Shown: piece after piece, positions 1-9,894 of the stretch
Layout: every line of letters starts with the position of its first letter
How positions within the stretch are numbered: position 1 is the first letter of the stretch
Source of the DNA: an uncultured Candidatus Saccharibacteria bacterium
Lineage (GTDB): Bacteria > Patescibacteriota > Minisyncoccia > Phycocordibacterales > VMEP01
Direction: 5' to 3'
Length of the DNA stretch: 31,281 nt
NCBI GenBank assembly: GCA_964366065.1
Contig: CAYISF010000001.1
Coordinates: forward strand, 1-31,281
Program-made: the position numbers and the translations under genes
The notes under the pieces: model-generated
What the model saw: only the letters and a program-made list of their open reading frames with translations
Told to the model about the DNA's origin: nothing
Databases searched by the model: none

Positions 1-2271
1 ACATCTCTCTCCAATCTCCTCCTTTCCGGCTCCACCACCCTCCAGAACTTCACCGCCTGGGAGGCCACCACCACCTCGGCCACCTCGACTAATTTCTACA
101 TATCCGGAAATATCGCGATAGCATCTACTTCTCCATGGGGCAAACTTTCAGTTGAACTTGATACTCAAAATCCGGCTCTCGTTGTTTCCAATCAAGGCAG
201 TAGCACCCCCTCCTTTTATGTAGGCGGCGTTAATCAAAATGGTTTTGTCGGAATTGGCACGACCACTGCTCCGTCACTGGCGCGGCTTATTATGGACGGT
301 TCAATGTCAGCGTCTGGCGCGGCTACGGCTGTAACCGGCATACATCAGATTTTCACTTTCAACCCGACATCAAACAATACTATTCAAGTGGGGAACCGCC
401 TCGTTCTTCAGAACATCACTTCCGGCGCGGCGACAAATACGGCAGTAGCGCAAATCATCCGCATTATAGACAACAGCGGTACCTCCAATCTCACTCGCGG
501 TCTGGAAGTGGTCGCGAGCGCGGGGAATACGACTTATGGCGTAAACACGGGCGTGCGCACCACCGGCCACACCTTCGGTCTCCAAGCGCTCACTACCGGA
601 CTGGCCGGCGGCACTTCCACCCCGGCGGCTATTTATGGAGAAATTACCGGAACAACGCAAGGTGACGCCCTGCGCCTTTACAGCTCAAATATAACCGCCT
701 CTGTACAAAACATGGCGCAGTTCTATCAGCAGTCCACGGCCTTTGTCGGAACCGGATTGCTCATGAACTTCGGCGCCGGCGGCGGATCATTCACTGGTGA
801 TTTTCTTAATCTTCAGGTTAATGCCGCTACAAGGTTTAGGATAAGCAATATGGGGACGACCACTATCGGTGACGGCACCAACAGCGCCGGTTTGCGCGTA
901 CTTAAGGGCAGTATCTGCGTTGACGACGACGGCACTTGTACTGGCACAACGACCGGCGCCGTGGCCGCCGTGAGTTTCCTAACGGGTAAAACTGATGACC
1001 TTGCGGAAACTTATTATTCAACGACAACACTTGAGCGCGGAGACATCGTTTATACGGCCGGAAAGTATGGTATCGGAAAAGCAAGCACTTCCTCGCAGCC
1101 AATTATCGGTGTCGTTTCTACCCGTCCCGGTTTCCTGCTCGCCGCCGGAGAGGAAGGTATCACTCCGCCAGCAGAAGGAACGGCGTACCCAATTGGTCTT
1201 GCCGGTCGCGTGCCGATTAAAGTTTCAAACGAGAACGGCAACATAAATGTCGGCGACCGCATTACGTTATCAAACGTTTCCGGTGTCGGGATGAAAGATA
1301 ATGGGCGCGGCGGAACGGCCGTCGGAATCGCCCTAGAGACCTTTGACGGCATATTCTACCTATCGGAAGCCACTCGGGAAAACGAGGCGGTCAAAATGCC
1401 AATTGGTGAACCAGTTTGCACACCCCAAAATAATGCATCCGATTCGAAAGTCGGGGGTGGGCAAGACGTGGAAGGGAGCAGTATCCCCGTTTTAAATTCT
1501 CCCGATTTGGGGAATGGAAACGCAGAAAATTGCATTCAGCCGATGGAATACGTAAAACCGGAAGCCGGAATAGCCAAGGACGAAACAATGCCAAACGGCA
1601 CATCGGTGAAAGTCGGGAAAATTCTCATGTTCATAAACCTAAGTTACCGCGAGCTTACAGTGAATAGCGGCGTTGCCGCCGAGCCGGCGAAATATTTTGA
1701 AGAAAATCTTAACCTGAAAGGAAACGAAATGCTTGAAGTTGGCGGAATTTACGGGATATCAAACAAATGGTCAATAGACGAGGAGGGAAACATGGTAGCC
1801 AATACAGTTAGAGCGAAAAAAGTTATCGCCGAGGAAACGCTTGAGGTTGGTTCAAGCGCCTTGCCGTCGGGCATTACCATTTACGACGTGGATACGAAAA
1901 CGCCCTACTGCATTCAAATCAAAGGTGGTTTGGTGACTTCAACGTCAGGGGCTTGTCAAGCCGCCGCCGCGGGAAGTGGAATAAACGGAGGCGGAGGGGG
2001 CAACGCGCCAACCGAAAACGGTACCATTGAAACGGCGACAGATTCCACAAACACAACCGCAACAACCTCATCGGAAACTTCAAGCGGAGATTCCGGTTCA
2101 ACTTCAATAACCGATAGCGCAACGCCATCTGATACAGCTGCTTCTCCAGCGGTCTCATCGGAAACAAGCAGTGACGCATCATCCAGCGAACCAGCGCCGT
2201 CGGTTTCGGAAAGCCCAACCCCAACCCCGCCGACATCGGAAACGACCAGTTCTCCGCCCGCGACCCAGTAA
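1..2271 (+). CDS. Giant CPR-type surface/adhesin-like protein, C-terminal part (5' end outside the window)
   Basis: Frame 1 is open from base 1 (TSLSNLLLSGSTTLQNF...GFVGIGTTTAPS) into the 292..2271 ORF. It has Thr/Gly/Ser-rich beta-strand repeats with a GIGTT motif, a DLAETY...IIGVVST.PG...GLAGRVPIKVS.ENG.I..GD.IT.S..GVGMK...G..VGIALE domain typical of tail-fibre-like CPR proteins, and a Ser/Thr/Pro low-complexity tail. Confidence 0.75.
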   Translation, partial: TSLSNLLLSGSTTLQNFTAWEATTTSATSTNFYISGNIAIASTSPWGKLSVELDTQNPALVVSNQGSSTPSFYVGGVNQNGFVGIGTTTAPSLARLIMDGSMSASGAATAVTGIHQIFTFNPTSNNTIQVGNRLVLQNITSGAATNTAVAQIIRIIDNSGTSNLTRGLEVVASAGNTTYGVNTGVRTTGHTFGLQALTTGLAGGTSTPAAIYGEITGTTQGDALRLYSSNITASVQNMAQFYQQSTAFVGTGLLMNFGAGGGSFTGDFLNLQVNAATRFRISNMGTTTIGDGTNSAGLRVLKGSICVDDDGTCTGTTTGAVAAVSFLTGKTDDLAETYYSTTTLERGDIVYTAGKYGIGKASTSSQPIIGVVSTRPGFLLAAGEEGITPPAEGTAYPIGLAGRVPIKVSNENGNINVGDRITLSNVSGVGMKDNGRGGTAVGIALETFDGIFYLSEATRENEAVKMPIGEPVCTPQNNASDSKVGGGQDVEGSSIPVLNSPDLGNGNAENCIQPMEYVKPEAGIAKDETMPNGTSVKVGKILMFINLSYRELTVNSGVAAEPAKYFEENLNLKGNEMLEVGGIYGISNKWSIDEEGNMVANTVRAKKVIAEETLEVGSSALPSGITIYDVDTKTPYCIQIKGGLVTSTSGACQAAAAGSGINGGGGGNAPTENGTIETATDSTNTTATTSSETSSGDSGSTSITDSATPSDTAASPAVSSETSSDASSSEPAPSVSESPTPTPPTSETTSSPPATQ

Positions 2272-2307
2272 TCAAACATCCGATATTCGTACGTAGTCAA
2301 AAAATAT

Positions 2308-5300
2308 GTGAACTTATTTAACTGTAAAAATAAAATGAAGCTCCACGGGCAAGCCCGTGGTATCTGTTTGTTACGGTCAAACCCTGCTGGCTTGCCCGTG
2401 GAGCGGAATCCCGCACCGAAAACCATTCATCCATGGATAACCCCGTGGTTTTCTGGTGCGTGGACAAACTCCGTAAATTCTCAAGTATATGCAAACTTGT
2501 TTTTTATAGTTTTTGTTTCATTAATTGGTTTATATATTTTCATTCCAAAAGTGGTATCGGCAGATTACCAATTCATCCCCACCGCGGGCAACATCGTTAC
2601 CGGCACCAATCAAATCATAAACGCCACCTTGGCGCCTACCGCCGAGACCAGTTTGGGCTCATACAAAGCTCTTCTGGCGGATGATACCCGCTATTGGGGC
2701 GCGACCTCCACCGCCAGCGGCATAGATATGCAAGTAACGCTCGGGAACGTGGCCTTAAACGGGGCCAACAAACTCATCATTCAAACGGACCTTGATATTG
2801 ACGCCACCGTGCCCAATCTTTTAATCCAAATTTGCGACTGGACTTCAGCCACCAACGTGGATAATCAGGCAAACGGGCAATGTACCGGCGGCGGCTGGCG
2901 CACGCTGAACTCCCGGAACGCCGTCAATTTTCCGGTCTATTATACCAGCGCCACCGGCGCCACTCTCCAGTGGCATGTCTATGACGGATACTTTGCCACC
3001 ACCAGCGCCGCCGGAGGAGTGCCTATCTCCACCCCGCTTTCCAACTTCGTCAACGGCTCCAATCAAACTTTAATTCGTTACTTCGCCACCACTTCGGTAA
3101 CTTCCGTGGTGGCCGTGGACTTCCTGCGCATGTTCGCCGTGGTTGACCCCATATACCAGGCCTCCGGATTTACCAATTTAGGTTCGGGCGTTCCCACTGG
3201 CACCTATCACAACACCATAGCCATTGGCAACTCGGCCACGGCTCAAACCATTCAAACCGGCGACGCCGTCAATCTCTCTGTCCCCGGCACGGCCGGCACG
3301 ATATCCGACTTTTACCTCTCCTTCGGCAATATCAAAACCTACACCGGCATGAACACCATTTTAGTCAACACCGACGCCCTGTGTTCTGCCGCCACGCTCA
3401 ACCTTAACTACACCTTTGCCGTTCGCAACTTCACCACTTCGGCCTGGGAAGACATAACCGGCCCCGTTGATTGCTCGGTCACGGCGGTGGTCCGGACCTT
3501 CGCTAAAAATAACATGGCCAACATAAGTGACTACATCTCCGGGGGCGAAGTGCGCATCAGAGTGTACGGTTCCATCAACAGCACCACTAATATTCAACTG
3601 GACACCATGTACGTCATCTTGGGCACCACCAACAGCGGTGCCAATGACTTTGAAGTTTCTTTCGGCACCACCACCGCCGGCAGACTGCACATCGATCCTT
3701 CAACCGGGTCCGACCAAATCAACGCCATGGCCAGCGACGGGACATACATGTACCTAGCTGGCCTTGATTCTTTCGGCATAGACAACCGCTGGCGGCTGGA
3801 GAAGAGAAACTTAAGCGACGGCGCTCTGGTCAGCACTTTCGGCACTGGCGGCGTGGTCGTTTCAGATCCCTCAATCAACTCCGACCAGATACTCGCCATT
3901 GCCACCACCTCCGACGCCGTCTTCATTGCCGGTTTTGACTCTATTGTTTCAACGACCGACTCCGCCTGGCGAGTGGAGAAGTATGACATTACCACCGGGG
4001 CTCCGGTCACAGCCTTTGGATTAAATGGTGTGCTGAGAAGTAACCCCTCGGCCCGCCTTGACAGGATCCGCGGCATTGCCGCCGACGCCACCGACATCTA
4101 TATCGTTGGAGACGACCTCGCCGTGAGCACCACCAACGGCCGGTGGAGAATTCAAAAGCACAACATTGTGACCGGGGCCACCACCACCGCCTTTGATACG
4201 GACGGCATCGTCACCTATGACCCCTCTGTAGCGCTTGACACTCCCTACGCCATTAAACTGGACGGAGCAGGCAACATTTTCGTGGCCGGCTCGGCTTCCA
4301 CCACTTTAAACGGCATCGGCTGGAACATTCAAAAGATAAGCGCCTCCGACGGCTCTTTGGTCACGGCTTTTTCCGGCGATGGCATACTTAACGATACCAA
4401 TCCCAGCGCGGTCACGGATGAAGCCCTGGCCTTAGCCCTAAACGGAACTGACATTTTTGTCACCGGCTATGACGGAGTGCAGGGCGGCGCCTCTCCCCAA
4501 CAGTGGCGCACCCAGAAGTATAATATTACCACCGGAGCCACCACCACCGCCTTTGGAGTAAACGGCGCGGTCACCTTTAATAATACGACTACTGCCGACA
4601 ACGACCAGGCCAAAGCCATCGCCATTAACAGCACCGATGTCTATGTGGCCGGTTTTGACGACGACGATGCCGGACGGGCAAGAATCTATAAATACGACAT
4701 CGTGACCGGAGCCACTTCCACAGACTCTTTCGGCCGCGCTGGCACGGTCATGTCTGAAGACGGCGGGGACGACCGGTTTAATGCCATCTTTCTCAACGGC
4801 AACTATCTCTATGTCGGCGGCTACGGCACGGGGCCGGGCAACAACCAGTGGATTGTGGAGAAAAGAGAAAAATCGTCGGGTCTTTTGGCCACCACCACCT
4901 TCCCGGCCATTACCGGAGTGGCGGCCACCAGAGACATTGATACCACCGCTACCTCGACCAACGTTTGGAGCATTCAGTCCGAAGATGAAACGACAAACAT
5001 GAGCCACGATTTCTATTCAATGGACAACGGGGCCAGCAACTCCACCGTTGAAGAAGCCACTTCGGCCAACATCAACTTCTCGGTTACCGCTCCGACTAAC
5101 GCCGCCATTACCAGCGCCATGTTTGCCGGACGGTACATGTCCGGAGCGGGCGGAAGCGCCCAGCTGACCATCAGAGATTACTCGGGTCTTTCCAACACCT
5201 TGGCCGGCACGACCGAGGGAGGATGGAGCTTAATCGGAGCCGCTTCCACTATCGCCCAAGTTTACACCGACCCGGTTACCGTCGGCACCGTAGCTTTAGG

Positions 5301-8300
5301 CGGCATTCACGGATATATCTCCAACGCCGACGACTACATTGATCTGGTGGGCAATAAGATGAACCTGCGTCTGCCCACCACCGTGGGCTCGGCTTCCACC
5401 ACCAACACCACCATGATGTGGGATTTTGCCTTTGTGTCTTTGCAATGGGCAGAAGATGCGAATCGTCCCTCCCGGCGCTCTCAATTCATCCCCACCGCGG
5501 GCAACATCGTTACCGGCACCAATCAAATCATAAACGCCACCTTGGCGCCTACCGCCGAGACCAGTTTGGGCTCATACAAAGCTCTTCTGGCGGATGATAC
5601 CCGCTATTGGGGCGCGACCTCCACCGCCAGCGGCATAGATATGCAAGTAACGCTCGGGAACGTGGCCTTAAACGGGGCCAACAAACTCATCATTCAAACG
5701 GACCTTGATATTGACGCCACCGTGCCCAATCTTTTAATCCAAATTTGCGACTGGACTTCAGCCACCAACGTGGATAATCAGGCAAACGGGCAATGTACCG
5801 GCGGCGGCTGGCGCACGCTGAACTCCCGGAACGCCGTCAATTTTCCGGTCTATTATACCAGCGCCACCGGCGCCACTCTCCAGTGGCATGTCTATGACGG
5901 ATACTTTGCCACCACCAGCGCCGCCGGAGGAGTGCCTATCTCCACCCCGCTTTCCAACTTCGTCAACGGCTCCAATCAAACTTTAATTCGTTACTTCGCC
6001 ACCACTTCGGTAACTTCCGTGGTGGCCGTGGACTTCCTGCGCATGTTCGCCGTGGTTGACCCCATATACCAGGCCTCCGGATTTACCAATTTAGGTTCGG
6101 GCGTTCCCACTGGCACCTATCACAACACCATAGCCATTGGCAACTCGGCCACGGCTCAAACCATTCAAACCGGCGACGCCGTCAATCTCTCTGTCCCCGG
6201 CACGGCCGGCACGATATCCGACTTTTACCTCTCCTTCGGCAATATCAAAACCTACACCGGCATGAACACCATTTTAGTCAACACCGACGCCCTGTGTTCT
6301 GCCGCCACGCTCAACCTTAACTACACCTTTGCCGTTCGCAACTTCACCACTTCGGCCTGGGAAGACATAACCGGCCCCGTTGATTGCTCGGTCACGGCGG
6401 TGGTCCGGACCTTCGCTAAAAATAACATGGCCAACATAAGTGACTACATCTCCGGGGGCGAAGTGCGCATCAGAGTGTACGGTTCCATCAACAGCACCAC
6501 TAATATTCAACTGGACACCATGTACGTCATCTTGGGCACCACCAACAGCGGTGCCAATGACTTTGAAGTTTCTTTCGGCACCACCACCGCCGGCAGACTG
6601 CACATCGATCCTTCAACCGGGTCCGACCAAATCAACGCCATGGCCAGCGACGGGACATACATGTACCTAGCTGGCCTTGATTCTTTCGGCATAGACAACC
6701 GCTGGCGGCTGGAGAAGAGAAACTTAAGCGACGGCGCTCTGGTCAGCACTTTCGGCACTGGCGGCGTGGTCGTTTCAGATCCCTCAATCAACTCCGACCA
6801 GATACTCGCCATTGCCACCACCTCCGACGCCGTCTTCATTGCCGGTTTTGACTCTATTGTTTCAACGACCGACTCCGCCTGGCGAGTGGAGAAGTATGAC
6901 ATTACCACCGGGGCTCCGGTCACAGCCTTTGGATTAAATGGTGTGCTGAGAAGTAACCCCTCGGCCCGCCTTGACAGGATCCGCGGCATTGCCGCCGACG
7001 CCACCGACATCTATATCGTTGGAGACGACCTCGCCGTGAGCACCACCAACGGCCGGTGGAGAATTCAAAAGCACAACATTGTGACCGGGGCCACCACCAC
7101 CGCCTTTGATACGGACGGCATCGTCACCTATGACCCCTCTGTAGCGCTTGACACTCCCTACGCCATTAAACTGGACGGAGCAGGCAACATTTTCGTGGCC
7201 GGCTCGGCTTCCACCACTTTAAACGGCATCGGCTGGAACATTCAAAAGATAAGCGCCTCCGACGGCTCTTTGGTCACGGCTTTTTCCGGCGATGGCATAC
7301 TTAACGATACCAATCCCAGCGCGGTCACGGATGAAGCCCTGGCCTTAGCCCTAAACGGAACTGACATTTTTGTCACCGGCTATGACGGAGTGCAGGGCGG
7401 CGCCTCTCCCCAACAGTGGCGCACCCAGAAGTATAATATTACCACCGGAGCCACCACCACCGCCTTTGGAGTAAACGGCGCGGTCACCTTTAATAATACG
7501 ACTACTGCCGACAACGACCAGGCCAAAGCCATCGCCATTAACAGCACCGATGTCTATGTGGCCGGTTTTGACGACGACGATGCCGGACGGGCAAGAATCT
7601 ATAAATACGACATCGTGACCGGAGCCACTTCCACAGACTCTTTCGGCCGCGCTGGCACGGTCATGTCTGAAGACGGCGGGGACGACCGGTTTAATGCCAT
7701 CTTTCTCAACGGCAACTATCTCTATGTCGGCGGCTACGGCACGGGGCCGGGCAACAACCAGTGGATTGTGGAGAAAAGAGAAAAATCGTCGGGTCTTTTG
7801 GCCACCACCACCTTCCCGGCCATTACCGGAGTGGCGGCCACCAGAGACATTGATACCACCGCTACCTCGACCAACGTTTGGAGCATTCAGTCCGAAGATG
7901 AAACGACAAACATGAGCCACGATTTCTATTCAATGGACAACGGGGCCAGCAACTCCACCGTTGAAGAAGCCACTTCGGCCAACATCAACTTCTCGGTTAC
8001 CGCTCCGACTAACGCCGCCATTACCAGCGCCATGTTTGCCGGACGGTACATGTCCGGAGCGGGCGGAAGCGCCCAGCTGACCATCAGAGATTACTCGGGT
8101 CTTTCCAACACCTTGGCCGGCACGACCGAGGGAGGATGGAGCTTAATCGGAGCCGCTTCCACTATCGCCCAAGTTTACACCGACCCGGTTACCGTCGGCA
8201 CCGTAGCTTTAGGCGGCATTCACGGATATATCTCCAACGCCGACGACTACATTGATCTGGTGGGCAATAAGATGAACCTGCGTCTGCCCACCACCGTGGG

Positions 8301-9183
8301 CTCGGCTTCCACCACCAACACCACCAAGATGTGGGATTTTGCCATGTCTAGCCTTCAATGGGTAGAGACGGGAGCACCGGGAACACCGACATTAACCCAA
8401 GCTTACTATCGCTGGCGGGATGACAACGGGGGTGAAACAGGCGCTTCTTTCGCCGTAGCCACCGACACTCCTTTGACGAGCAACGTTTATATCGGTGATC
8501 GTCGGCGCCTCCGTTTTTTACTCTCTAACACCGGGAATGGGACGGCCACCGGTTATACTTACCGCTTGGAACACGCTTCAACTTCCTGCACTACTTGGTT
8601 GCCGGTGCCGGCCTCGGCTACTACCGAGCATTGGCAAATGGATGCAAGCGGGAACATGCTTGACAACACCGCGACCACAGATTTCTTCCCGGGGATTACC
8701 AATCCTTCGGGAAAAACTTTTGTGGCCGGGGCCGTGAAAACAACGGGCAACCAAACAGACGCCATCACTCTTTCCAGTACCCAGTTTACCGAGCTGGAAT
8801 ACTCCATTCGCTCAACGTCGTTGGTGACGTCAGGCACCACTTATTGTTTCCGCCTGACCAATGCGGGTTCCATAACTAACTTTGCTTATACCGTCCAGCC
8901 GCAGATTAGCGTACAACCGATTTCTAACCGACCAACTGGCGGCGGCGAGGGAAGCGAGCCAGGCGGCGGCGGTTCCCCGGTAAGCGGCGGCGGAGCGGGT
9001 GGGGGAGGCGGCGGCGAACCCGAAGGTGGCGGTTCACCACAAGGCGGCGGAAATCCCGATGGAGGAGGGGGAGATTCGGGATATTTATACAGCAAAAGTA
9101 ATCTGGCCGCGGTTTTTGAAACTCGTTTTTCAGGGAGTATTAGCAATATAATTATAGCTATAACCAGATTACTTTTTAGGTAG
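2308..9183 (+). CDS. 2291-aa secreted surface protein: hydrophobic leader, two 971-aa modules each containing a delta-60/DUF5122-like beta-propeller, a unique C-terminal domain and a Gly-rich tail
   Basis: Long ORF with leader core LFFIVFVSLIGLYIFIPKVVSA and ~55-60-aa repeats (W.(L/I)EK.....G.....FG..G.V) typical of propeller blades. The start is uncertain (GTG 2308 or ATG 2335). Confidence 0.8.
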   Translation: MNLFNCKNKMKLHGQARGICLLRSNPAGLPVERNPAPKTIHPWITPWFSGAWTNSVNSQVYANLFFIVFVSLIGLYIFIPKVVSADYQFIPTAGNIVTGTNQIINATLAPTAETSLGSYKALLADDTRYWGATSTASGIDMQVTLGNVALNGANKLIIQTDLDIDATVPNLLIQICDWTSATNVDNQANGQCTGGGWRTLNSRNAVNFPVYYTSATGATLQWHVYDGYFATTSAAGGVPISTPLSNFVNGSNQTLIRYFATTSVTSVVAVDFLRMFAVVDPIYQASGFTNLGSGVPTGTYHNTIAIGNSATAQTIQTGDAVNLSVPGTAGTISDFYLSFGNIKTYTGMNTILVNTDALCSAATLNLNYTFAVRNFTTSAWEDITGPVDCSVTAVVRTFAKNNMANISDYISGGEVRIRVYGSINSTTNIQLDTMYVILGTTNSGANDFEVSFGTTTAGRLHIDPSTGSDQINAMASDGTYMYLAGLDSFGIDNRWRLEKRNLSDGALVSTFGTGGVVVSDPSINSDQILAIATTSDAVFIAGFDSIVSTTDSAWRVEKYDITTGAPVTAFGLNGVLRSNPSARLDRIRGIAADATDIYIVGDDLAVSTTNGRWRIQKHNIVTGATTTAFDTDGIVTYDPSVALDTPYAIKLDGAGNIFVAGSASTTLNGIGWNIQKISASDGSLVTAFSGDGILNDTNPSAVTDEALALALNGTDIFVTGYDGVQGGASPQQWRTQKYNITTGATTTAFGVNGAVTFNNTTTADNDQAKAIAINSTDVYVAGFDDDDAGRARIYKYDIVTGATSTDSFGRAGTVMSEDGGDDRFNAIFLNGNYLYVGGYGTGPGNNQWIVEKREKSSGLLATTTFPAITGVAATRDIDTTATSTNVWSIQSEDETTNMSHDFYSMDNGASNSTVEEATSANINFSVTAPTNAAITSAMFAGRYMSGAGGSAQLTIRDYSGLSNTLAGTTEGGWSLIGAASTIAQVYTDPVTVGTVALGGIHGYISNADDYIDLVGNKMNLRLPTTVGSASTTNTTMMWDFAFVSLQWAEDANRPSRRSQFIPTAGNIVTGTNQIINATLAPTAETSLGSYKALLADDTRYWGATSTASGIDMQVTLGNVALNGANKLIIQTDLDIDATVPNLLIQICDWTSATNVDNQANGQCTGGGWRTLNSRNAVNFPVYYTSATGATLQWHVYDGYFATTSAAGGVPISTPLSNFVNGSNQTLIRYFATTSVTSVVAVDFLRMFAVVDPIYQASGFTNLGSGVPTGTYHNTIAIGNSATAQTIQTGDAVNLSVPGTAGTISDFYLSFGNIKTYTGMNTILVNTDALCSAATLNLNYTFAVRNFTTSAWEDITGPVDCSVTAVVRTFAKNNMANISDYISGGEVRIRVYGSINSTTNIQLDTMYVILGTTNSGANDFEVSFGTTTAGRLHIDPSTGSDQINAMASDGTYMYLAGLDSFGIDNRWRLEKRNLSDGALVSTFGTGGVVVSDPSINSDQILAIATTSDAVFIAGFDSIVSTTDSAWRVEKYDITTGAPVTAFGLNGVLRSNPSARLDRIRGIAADATDIYIVGDDLAVSTTNGRWRIQKHNIVTGATTTAFDTDGIVTYDPSVALDTPYAIKLDGAGNIFVAGSASTTLNGIGWNIQKISASDGSLVTAFSGDGILNDTNPSAVTDEALALALNGTDIFVTGYDGVQGGASPQQWRTQKYNITTGATTTAFGVNGAVTFNNTTTADNDQAKAIAINSTDVYVAGFDDDDAGRARIYKYDIVTGATSTDSFGRAGTVMSEDGGDDRFNAIFLNGNYLYVGGYGTGPGNNQWIVEKREKSSGLLATTTFPAITGVAATRDIDTTATSTNVWSIQSEDETTNMSHDFYSMDNGASNSTVEEATSANINFSVTAPTNAAITSAMFAGRYMSGAGGSAQLTIRDYSGLSNTLAGTTEGGWSLIGAASTIAQVYTDPVTVGTVALGGIHGYISNADDYIDLVGNKMNLRLPTTVGSASTTNTTKMWDFAMSSLQWVETGAPGTPTLTQAYYRWRDDNGGETGASFAVATDTPLTSNVYIGDRRRLRFLLSNTGNGTATGYTYRLEHASTSCTTWLPVPASATTEHWQMDASGNMLDNTATTDFFPGITNPSGKTFVAGAVKTTGNQTDAITLSSTQFTELEYSIRSTSLVTSGTTYCFRLTNAGSITNFAYTVQPQISVQPISNRPTGGGEGSEPGGGGSPVSGGGAGGGGGGEPEGGGSPQGGGNPDGGGGDSGYLYSKSNLAAVFETRFSGSISNIIIAITRLLFR
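2335..2468. mobile_element. Small palindromic element (REP/PATE-like, probably IS200/IS605-related, non-autonomous) read in frame in the gene leader
   Basis: Hairpin CCACGGGC-AA-GCCCGTGG at 2343-2360. 16-bp inverted repeat 2340-2355/2389-2404. Second stem CGCACCGAAAACCA 2412-2425 / TGGTTTTCTGGTGCG 2446-2460. Boundaries are approximate. Confidence 0.6.
2569..5413 (+). repeat. Copy 1 of a 2845-bp direct repeat (period 2913 bp = 971 codons)
   Basis: Starts CAATTCATCCCC at 2569 and again at 5482. The protein strings match, and the off-frame ORFs recur at an offset of exactly 2913. The first mismatch seen is 5414 T vs 8327 A. Confidence 0.93.
5482..8326 (+). repeat. Copy 2 of the 2845-bp direct repeat
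   Basis: As for copy 1. Identity was judged from spot checks and six duplicated off-frame ORFs, not a full alignment. Confidence 0.93.
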
Positions 9184-9237
9184 AAGCTTGAATTGTGATA
9201 TAATCACTTCATTAAAAATAAGCAATGAATTAACACA

Positions 9238-9636
9238 ATGTCTTTTTTCAAGGAACAATTTGAGAAGAATAAAAAGCAATTTATCGGGGCAGTAATTGTC
9301 ACAGTTATAATTCTTATCGCCGGGTCGTGGTATTATTACCGTGAGAAGAAGTCGCATACTTATTACGCGGTTTTCCTGACCAATAATCAGGTTTATTTCG
9401 GCAACCTAAGAGATAAAGATGATAAGTATATAAAATTGACCGATGTTTCTTACCTACAGGCGCCGGACCCGAGCAAGCCAGAGCAAGTTCAGCTGATTCG
9501 GCGGGGGACAGAACTGCACAGTCCAAGCGGCGATATGTTCATAAACAGCAGCCAGATTCTTTTTATTGAGGAATTAACAAGCGCTTCACAGGTGTCAAAG
9601 ACCATAGAGGATTACAAAAAAGCTCAAGTTAAGTAA
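9238..9636 (+). CDS. Conserved CPR-type hypothetical protein with an N-terminal membrane anchor
   Basis: TM segment FIGAVIVTVIILIAGSWYY followed by Y.AVFL.N.QVYFG.L...GTELH.P...M.IN..QILFIEEL. TGATATAAT (extended -10-like) lies near 9195-9203. Confidence 0.8.
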   Translation: MSFFKEQFEKNKKQFIGAVIVTVIILIAGSWYYYREKKSHTYYAVFLTNNQVYFGNLRDKDDKYIKLTDVSYLQAPDPSKPEQVQLIRRGTELHSPSGDMFINSSQILFIEELTSASQVSKTIEDYKKAQVK

Positions 9637-9647
9637 ACAATCTATTT

Positions 9648-9679
9648 ACTTGGACGACTTGGACGTTTCGTTTCCAAGT
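9648..9679 (-). repeat. REP palindrome upstream of the RAYT (inverted copy)
   Basis: Exact reverse complement of 10176-10207 (ACTTGGAAACGAAACGTCCAAGTCGTCCAAGT). Confidence 0.9.
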
Positions 9680-9867
9680 ATTAAAATGTTTATATGAGAA
9701 AGAAACCTTTTGTAGCGGGTGAATATTATCACGTTTACAATCGTGGGGTAGATAAACGCAATATTTTTTCTGACCAGAATGATGTACAAAGGTTTTTGCA
9801 AAGCATGAGGGAATTTAATACTAAAGAGCCGATAGGCAGTATATATGAAAATTCTTTTGTAAAACCC

Positions 9868-9894
9868 CAACTTGGACGTGAAACGTCCAAGTTG
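9868..9894 (+). repeat. REP copy inside the RAYT CDS (12-bp perfect stem, GAA loop)
   Basis: CAACTTGGACGT-GAA-ACGTCCAAGTTG, translated QLGRETSKL. Confidence 0.9.

Noticed and set aside
2845-7920. Minus-strand and off-frame ORFs within the giant gene
   Set aside because: They are shadows of biased codon usage, duplicated along with the repeat, and have no recognisable motifs.
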